Below, piece by piece: positions 33,701 to 39,457 of a DNA stretch of 39,457 bases; the stretch's first letter is position 1, and each line of letters opens with the position of its first letter. The DNA lies in NCBI GenBank assembly GCA_002256025.1, contig NKIB01014928.1:1-39457 (forward strand). The letters run 5' to 3'. The position numbers and the translations under genes are program-made. The stretch is from Asterionella formosa. Lineage: Eukaryota. The notes beneath the pieces are model-generated. The model saw only the letters and a list, made by a program, of their open reading frames with translations, did no database searches and was not told where the DNA came from.

Positions 33701-34644
33701 CAGCCTTAAGTATTCAAGCCCATTTTAGGGTGTCCCAGGATCGATTGCGTCGTCGTTCTTTCAATCTTAAATTGTCGCACGCAGTCATTTCTCTTCAGAA
33801 GTTATCTCGCCGCGCCGTGGCAATGGCTCACTTTGCAAAGGTGAAAGCCTCAATCACCAAAGTTCAAGCGAGATTTCGTGGTATGGTCGTAAGGGTATAT
33901 TTCAAGCGGCTTTCGCGGGAGAAGAAAAGTCTCGACTCGGAACGGCTGAGACCGATTGTTGAGATGCTGATAATGTCTGACGTTATCGCTCATGCACACA
34001 ATTCTCTTGACAATCTATTGAATGAAAGCTCCGATTTCATGGGACTGCCGCCACCTTGCGTTCGACGCCTAACTAAACGAGTCAATGCACTTCCACGAGC
34101 TGCTCTACTTTGCACAGTGCATGGTCGTTTTGAAACCTCGTCAGAACATATGTCGGAAGTGGGATTGTCTTGTCCAAAGGAAGCCTCCCCGACCAGCTGC
34201 AACTCGTCAACAAAATTATTTTTGTCTCGAAAAGATGCAAGAAGTGACAGATTGGACAATAGTCGTTTGCAGGAAATGAGAGCACAACTGATAGTGCCAA
34301 GGTTGAAAGCACTTCCGACACTAATCGTTAAATCGCCCTCAGCGATGGAAATGAAGAATTCAAAGGAAATGGCAAACCAGTCACAGAATGGAGCAGCGAG
34401 TAAGGAACTTGCGAGAGCTACTCAATCGCTCCTTAATGAAGCTCGCGCAGCTCTCCATGGAAAACCGAAAACCTCATCCCACGACAAGTTAAATGCCTTC
34501 CCATTGGGGAACCCTAGATCTCCACCCAAGGGCGATGATACATTCGATAGCGAGAACTTTGGTGACGACAAAAATGAAATGCCGTCGCCAATCAAAGAGC
34601 CGTCTATAATGGAAACATGGGATTGGGCCGATCATTTGATGTGA
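27757..34644 (+). CDS. Giant IQ-motif (calmodulin-binding) repeat protein, 2295 aa, intronless; no CH/ASH/motor domain recognised
   Basis: Single 6.9 kb ORF. It has a disordered basic S/T/R N-terminus with SVFDRLY repeats, then many IQxxxRGxxxR-type motifs from ~29070 to ~33900, and a disordered C-terminus ending WDWADHLM. Confidence 0.85.
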   Translation: MTSQKAPHVPGTPSLREKIAIRLEENGDSDVDGLDCVRTPSAPLHNTFDDLEKLWSSRKSSIRKDNVEDYQGISSSIKSEQTQSKQKSNQTAPRTGTLRKKKVASSVEIIGSPDLIFPTTPKEPALTQSIRSKNSSVFDRLYQKGKSKVATARLRELDTSTSSRVRGLASPSASSIGGTTVSTLSSADSNFERLFKGEKRKNRFAEEHHAASAVLERRLSYTNPGNKNRTRPTAPRTSTATDERSISTVSTTTSSVFDRLYTKDKRPTPSLTENANFRKSRIQSPRSRHKSNKSANNSLSETPIVRGSRRRENLGLDGDSVIESVADFSERWHNDEESLLLNTSAFNDYELIHQFHLLATEISSKQENTATFADLEYELFSDLNQYTPCQVFTASESNENEEGKRINEQRKEMDLPEVSIYSKIRLGVLIGEFNTNAAAMAIQKVWKGYRGRTELVNMLLLSWQIRLDYNASTTSNRISLMRIRLQSLSKAAEGVELTKHIVLQQVEKSAIHLEWKRPVLVHFQRQEIPRLESVVVVLTCGACRPLFIKNWSTSNMANLVVKLSLRRISQLERDSLMAFSALLIQCQARKMYAKKISAIARCRFIDTKISFQLQDISSTSLACCAATSIQNLWRSHRAQLDTSAALLRSWSIEFGFKSFITTNRILLAKVKICSLSKALGRVDYWWITERIKIGENDMEFNWQREIGVHFNEKGFPRLESCEINLKCLISRSSFAEKWGPRKLAILVVKASLEQVLRRDVAHLRACSASKIQNWFRRSTAKLDKTLDHELTSRIPRYALSTNGLRSIASHSLEPVRYTRPPCNPLISHEDCESATITIQSPSKLLLVNLQVDSHVVAATVIQSMFRYHLAGGLFRTKNSAANRMRKVSFEVNQKHVENLRRRNIVVVQSLWRRKTALSNFTNASKAIILIQVQIRRRQCKIRFAVVSSGIVLLQSQYRGVSCRTQFRKKKKALATFQSLWRAFLIRRSFITARAYSVMIQSHCRRYVICREYQIARVGVLNIQSHYRGHRSRKAISQRDTSVLLIQRNWRGHRDRLHYKVVLTNQAATVLQKVTRRALVRAEIHRFHRASLKIQCFWRRFQMSSTLSLRVSSVLIIQACTRGWKTRRAYALARRAIISFQSQFRCSNARHRLFCVRMAAIQIQTIVRAYLDRQKMAFTLMLAGKIQRRYRCHRDASRFVKLRFGLVLLQAMTRGAQWRGKLARRRYVAETVQRLWRGYKERLNHIVLMKVLKIEEGNREASNKIQSLVRSRRFLQFQTKLQKSANRIQSLWRMRNVRHAFLVLKMSATMIQSQVRRHQTCTMLASSRHTECAAISIQKAWRSCTARLEYRKFIISCLHLQARYRGVLLRRQLVVLHLGAQEIQRVWRGQKCRQNMETLRLQEESASTVIQSVVRRRFRRDLYLRNSAACAIQTRWRSYHVHDRFLLLQLCAVKIQTEYRRYCARKAYTKLALAVAVLQSIGRRYVHGTIYRRRIALRHMAATRIQSLWRLYPGRALNDATSLSQTEWLDTKLKDVSSRSQARLFFKLSCRQNDPGFSRKNDLGRSFVAAVLIQVQWRLYLQRMSTTRPRQELFIRGLQEPTRSWTVPDEIDNHWAAADRTDRKDFQSSLSSKSYCQLLTIASSEIAAISIQSACRRYLARKAYFQKFRLMHSAARRIQVGYLTWQMELILLNVQSSVVLLRRSVRGQLVRSATRFALDNLNTCFRASTSTSFGRIVAESCQNEALCSSWTHAVDMARESACVVIQSAVRRTLARNRSRFVYRLNDGSMLSPIITSLFSWSKQRSPKEFLHHDDTCLEVAMLKPITSLQSSPHDITVVMTTTNVSSRMMPEACANVLAVLNESECHDGASGTKISASTPSKCSDRIVLEHAATKIQSTYRGFRSRRRSFSYLPEIIKLQSFIRTQLSHTKFRSAQFNATQIQRYWKEYQRRLFARKMHDAAITIQLVARAVARKRDFDTQRAAALSIQAHFRVSQDRLRRRSFNLKLSHAVISLQKLSRRAVAMAHFAKVKASITKVQARFRGMVVRVYFKRLSREKKSLDSERLRPIVEMLIMSDVIAHAHNSLDNLLNESSDFMGLPPPCVRRLTKRVNALPRAALLCTVHGRFETSSEHMSEVGLSCPKEASPTSCNSSTKLFLSRKDARSDRLDNSRLQEMRAQLIVPRLKALPTLIVKSPSAMEMKNSKEMANQSQNGAASKELARATQSLLNEARAALHGKPKTSSHDKLNAFPLGNPRSPPKGDDTFDSENFGDDKNEMPSPIKEPSIMETWDWADHLM

Positions 34645-36139
34645 GAAGACTCGACTTGACTTGACTGGCAAGGAACAAATGATAAGCCAGTTTATGAAGC
34701 TTTTAAAATAGATTTGTTGATAAATACAGTTGATAGGGACTGGAAAACATACTTCTTTCCTCCATCAAATATAAACTAAGCGATGCTACAAGTAATTTAC
34801 CGACGGGTTTAACCTGTGCTCCAGAGTATACATGGTAGAGGTGCTGGAATGATACCTGGTACCAGTACATAGTTCACATGAGTGCTGGATACATGTACTG
34901 GTATTCATTGCTCACTTTTTATATACTACTGGTACATTGTGACTCTCTGTGATTCATCAATGTTGCTGGTACTGGAAGTGCTACCTCCACCTTGAGAAGG
35001 TAGTTCCAGAACTATTTGTAACAACTGGAGGGAATACATTGGCGATGTGAGCATGTAGAAAATGTTCCTGCCCAGGCAAGTTTGCAGACTTGGCCAACAT
35101 GATGAAACAATTTGATTCTTTACTTTCAAGTTTTCAACAAGTGTCATTGCAGTTGAAGCTCTCATCATTGCAGCCCTGTTCCATTCATTTATAAGATTCA
35201 CATGTGTTGCGTGCTTTGATTCCAATGCCAGCCTCTTAATATTCCCAGCCGCTCATTACAACTCTTGAGCTTGTGTTTAAGAGAATAGCAATGTCATCAA
35301 GCTCAATGACACTTGCACATGCGGTCCCACCTGACGCCTTTGCTATAACAGCATGATCGTTATGGAATGCCTTGAATACAAAGACTTCAGGTGGTGGATC
35401 AAAATTCTCTATCTTGCTTTGCACACATAAGATCATTTTTCATATGGTTTCATGTATCAACATGTAGACGCATCCTTTAAATTTCAGCATCATCTGAATC
35501 TAAATGTTTCACCACTCATCCACTTATAGTGAGTTTGCCACTGATTGATAAACTAAGACTTTATGTACCTATATACACTCCATATAGGTGATCCTTGTGG
35601 TGAGAATGTCAAAGTGGATACTGCAATAATTGACAAACCACTGCCTTCATGGATTCTCTGATATCCAATCCACTTTCATTTTAATTTCATTCCCCTGAGG
35701 TCTTGAATGCATCTACTAAATTTGCTTGCTGACGTCATTCATGTTTGCCGCTTTGCAAGATGAAATGGACACCACACTCAAAATGATACAAATGAAAAAA
35801 TGTTTGATAAACTTCTGTCTCTGAAGTTTATTGCATGCTTTGATTTGGGTTACCAGCATTTAATTCCTATCTGCAGACAATTATTTGTATAGGTAAAACA
35901 CTAGAATGTGCTGGTAGTGGTTGTGAGCCGCTGTAGAATCCTGAATCATGATGCCTCTGCCTTGACCATCACGAAAACAGCGAATATCTCCGCAAAACTT
36001 GAGAATGACGATTTCCTGTTTGATATACATCATGCACAAAGCATATAGAAAATAACCTTGAAGAATCATTGTAATATCACTAATATTGACAACGAAAATT
36101 GAAGTCGTCGATGATAACACCGTGATGTGTGTTTATCTT

Positions 36140-37135
36140 GCAAGGAATCCAAATTGTGTTTTTGCCAAATTAGCAAAAATTTGGTAAGATATGATTACCT
36201 TAATTTTGAAGTTTATTTAGCTTCACCAAAATACCAATTTGGATCCAAATTGATATCAATTTAAATTATACTACCAATTTGGTACCTACTGTTGGCATTA
36301 GGGTTAGGGTTTAAAACATCATTTCTACAAATTTGGATCAATACTGGTAACAAATTTAATTTACTTCCAATTTGGTTTGTGTTATTGTTAGTGTTTGAAA
36401 TGTTGCTACCAATTTGGATCCAAGTTGTTATTAATTTTAACTTTACTACCAATTTGTTTTCAAAATTGGTTTTTCTTGTTGAATTGAGGATGTGAAATTT
36501 AATGATTCTATCATTTTGGATCCAAATTGCTATTTATTTTAACTTCACTACCAATATGGTTTCCAATTAGGTATTCATTCTTTTTGGGTTTTGGTTTTGG
36601 TTTTTATTCAGGGTTTAACATTAATTTGGATCCAAATTGTTATCTATTTTGCTTTTACTTTCAATTTGGTTTCCAAGGTGTTGGTCGACATGTTCGCCAA
36701 GGTGTGCATGGGATCAGCAGTAGGCATTGACAGTCATGTCAGTTTTGATTTTGGATATTATAGAGGGGCTTAACTGATGGTCTAATTGTCAAAAAGGCAT
36801 GGACTGGGACTTACATTTTTCAAATTGTCAGCCAAGTTGTGGGATCAGCTTTAGGCATCCGCAATCATGTTGGTTTTGATGTGTGGGCCATGGAGGTGCG
36901 CTGACCTGTTGGTCCAGTTTTGTTGGTATGGAATTTTCAGTATGCACTCTTCACTAATAGCTATTACTTGACGAATGTACATTATTTTAAAACCATGTAC
37001 ATAGCACTTTTGCTACCAATTTGGGGATACAAATTTGATTGTACTAATTTTGAGAAACAAATTTGAACAACAAATTTGGAGATGCCCATTTGGGTTGATA
37101 CCAAATTTGTGGTACCAATTGGAAGTAGTAACAAA
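36140..37135. repeat. AT-rich tract built from iterated CCAAATT/AATTTGG words, including AATTTGGATCCAAATT palindromes; probable decayed non-autonomous repeat
   Basis: CAATTTGGATCCAAATTG at 36235-36252 and AATTTGGATCCAAATT at 36623-36638, with TTTGGATCCAAA near 36515. TACCAATTTGG recurs at ~36232, 36272, 36407 and 37014. Confidence 0.6.
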
Positions 37136-38164
37136 GGTGACATCACCACTACCGGTGTATAACTTTGGTGGCCATGTCATTTTAACCTTTCTGCATAGCT
37201 AAATCTAGGCCACAGATGTTGGAGATGCTGGATACCAACTTGGCTACAAATTAGTGCAAAATCTACTATTTTGGGAACATTCGCCTTAACATACATAACA
37301 AACAGGACGATGTCCTTCTTGGACGTCAAATAAATTTCCCCCAATTCAGCTTTCCAAAGTAAGTAGACTAGTGTACGAGGGTACTGTACTTCTCTGCTCC
37401 TCCTGTACCTATATAAGGTTCCTGCATTTCAACCCCTAGCTCGAGGTGGGGTTAAAAAATAATATTGAGTCAAACTAGTCAAACACACACTTCTTACGAG
37501 AAAAACGTAATTGCATATCGCTAAACGGAGCTTTCACCAACATACACCCTTTCCACATGCTTAAATACAGTCATTTATCAAAGTATATATCGTCAGGATA
37601 TAGGATCTGGCGAGAAATTGCAGGAAGGACCTTTTGTTTTTTTAACTATACTGAAAATAGTGGATTTTACCGGGCCAACTTGTTTATTTGGCCTAGTAAA
37701 AAAACTGAAGTTCCATTCTGCAGTTTCTCTCCGAAAGTTAACTTCTGGGGCTATATGAAGATTACCTATGTACTTATCTCTTCTTCAAACCCTGCCAACG
37801 TTGAGCTATCATCGTCCGAAAATTCGACAATATCGGCCTTTCAACGGTCACCAAAATGTCAGAATCAGAATCACTAATTGCCAATACGTCACCATCGGAA
37901 TAGGAGTCTTGTGATTCGATTTTTCGCCCTACAATCGCCTGTACAATAAATTCAATTGTAAGTGCACGCTTCACTATAAATTTTTTGATTGGTCAAGTTC
38001 AATTACTTACCGACAATTGATTGGCCTGGTTTGAGCGGTCTTGCAAACCCAAGCTGGCCACACTGGATGCACATGTAACATTTTCTTGGGTGTTGGCCGG
38101 TACAATATCCACAGTAGTAGGTAGCTGATCATCATTGATCATACTCATACCAGTGCGATCAGGC

Positions 38165-38825
38165 ACTATGCCTGCCAAAACATTGAATGGACAGAGTGCG
38201 ATGCTTTTCCTTTGATGATCATTGAGGCCACATTGATTGCAGACATTTGTTCCTTTCCTTCTTGTTTCCTGATGTTCCCTTCGAGCGCAACACCAGAACT
38301 GTAAGTATTACCTGATTTGTTATCTTGCCTTTCCTGTTTGACTGTTTCGAATTGTGCCATGTATTTTTTCGCTTCGTTTCATCTTTCGTTTGAATTGTGC
38401 TTTATAGGCTCCATCGTCACTTCGTCGCTTTTCTTTTTGTCTCCAGAAGGATTCTTGCAGTGCTGACATCTGCATTCCATATTGCTTGTATACATTCCTT
38501 GTGTATTGTGTTGCTCCTTGTGTGCGTTGCCCAGCAACCGAAGCCACTCGATATTGAAGGCCTCCAGATCCCGCAAACACCTTGTTTTTTGGGCATCGTC
38601 GCGACACTGCATTGTTCATTGCCTCATTAATCTGCCTGTCAAAGGGATAATGCAATGATACTAGCTTTTCGCCTTCTACTTTCGTTGCAACATGCAGCAT
38701 TAACCATTCGTATGAATCTTTATCCTTTTCCTTGTCATGATATTTTCCGTTACTAACCATTTTTCCTGCTTTTACAGGGCACCATGTCTCAGAGCAGTAA
38801 TCGTGGCAGCCAAATAAATAGTTGA
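38165..38825 (-). mobile_element. Mutator-like transposase remnant (C-terminal part, 5'-truncated, frameshifted)
   Basis: Minus-strand YLFGCHDYCSETWCPVK (H-x2-C-x3-WC motif) is followed by DRQINEAMNNAVSRRCPKNKVFAGSGGLQYRVASVAG, matching the T-Q-x-N-E..PK..F..L..V pattern of Mutator-like transposases. After frameshifts comes a zinc knuckle CNQCGLNDHQRKSIALCP (~38190-38245). Confidence 0.7.
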
Positions 38826-38932
38826 TTGTACTATAATCAAGATGGAAGTAAGAATTTTTATTTACTCATAAATAGTTACTAACAAAATGGTTATTTGTTT
38901 TTAATCAAGTACAGCCATTTGCAACTAACCGG

Positions 38933-39160
38933 ACGCTGGTGTCGTTTCTTTTGCTCCATCGACCGAGTCGGACAGAAGTGTCATGTTTATGACAAGTCTC
39001 TTCATTCCAACCACTCCCCATAGGAATCAAGCGAAAACGAAACTAGTCCTGACGAGGAATACTGTGTCATCGATCCGGAAAGTGGGGAACTCATTTGTCT
39101 CACAGTAGCCGAAAAGGAGCGTATCTTTCTGGACGCGCTTCAGTCCTACCGCTTATCAGG
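38933..39160 (+). pseudogene. PGRL1: 5' fragment of PGRL1 (PGR5-like 1, cyclic electron flow) including part of the plastid-targeting presequence
   Basis: DAGVVSFAPSTESDRSVMFMTSLF (ASAFAP-like cleavage motif) is followed by a frameshift/stop. Next is DEEYCVIDPESGELICLTVAEKERIFLDALQSY (39051-39149), matching the PGRL1 N-terminal YC..E.E..FL.ALQS(F/Y)Y motif. Similarity ends abruptly there. Confidence 0.7.
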
Positions 39161-39457
39161 TTTGAGCCAACGGACAGTGGTTCCAACGAGCGAATGACGA
39201 TACCACGAGTACCAATTTTTCCAGCGGCAAACCGCAATGATAAAAAGAACTTGTCTCTCTATTGATGAGGATGACACGGACACCGACTTTTCCAGGAGCA
39301 AACAACAATAAAGAGACCCACTTCGTCTGCGTCGCTCTATTGATGGTAACAAAGATGCGGACAAGTTCAACAGTGAATACAAGAACAACATACCATTGAA
39401 AACCAGTTGACAGTGTGTGCACGCACACGGCAAGCAAGTTTGAGGCAACGGACAATT

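Noticed and set aside
36298..36309. TTAGGGTTAGGG telomere-like doublet
   Set aside because: Only two units in a T/G-biased tract; too short to call an interstitial telomere.
36140..37135. CRISPR-like array
   Set aside because: The repeated words are irregularly spaced and variable with no repeat-spacer periodicity, and the context is eukaryotic.
37431..37453. AACCCC...GGGGTT short inverted repeat as a possible transposon end or Helitron hairpin
   Set aside because: Only a 6-bp stem and no partner terminus or TSD visible in the window.
39146..39457. Minus-strand ORFs at the window end
   Set aside because: No recognisable homology; the plus-strand frames also contain stops, so this is probably more decayed fragment.

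Overview
Eukaryotic nuclear DNA, most likely a diatom or related stramenopile. The evidence is compact genes, 70-91 nt GT-AG introns, and a captured fragment carrying a diatom-type 'SFAP' plastid-targeting motif. A gene-dense core (~2.2-34.6 kb) holds CRNKL1/Clf1, a large BPI/TULIP-like + multi-PDZ-like protein, and a SAS-4/CPAP (TCP-domain) gene head-to-head with a two-exon ASPM orthologue. It also holds a cluster of three divergent cysteine-rich AIM24 (DUF124) paralogues, DUS1 head-to-head with mitochondrial bL28, and a second giant (2295 aa) IQ-repeat protein with an unrecognised tandemly duplicated domain. Both flanks are degenerate: an LRR pseudogene, an IS630/Tc1-like transposase remnant, a Mutator-like transposase remnant abutting a PGRL1 5' fragment, and an AT-rich palindrome-rich tract. 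A tropinone-reductase-like SDR pseudogene sits inside the core. Intergenic regions are rich in GGTACC/TACCGGTA/CCWGG palindromic words. All calls come from manual translation and motif recognition; no database searches were run.
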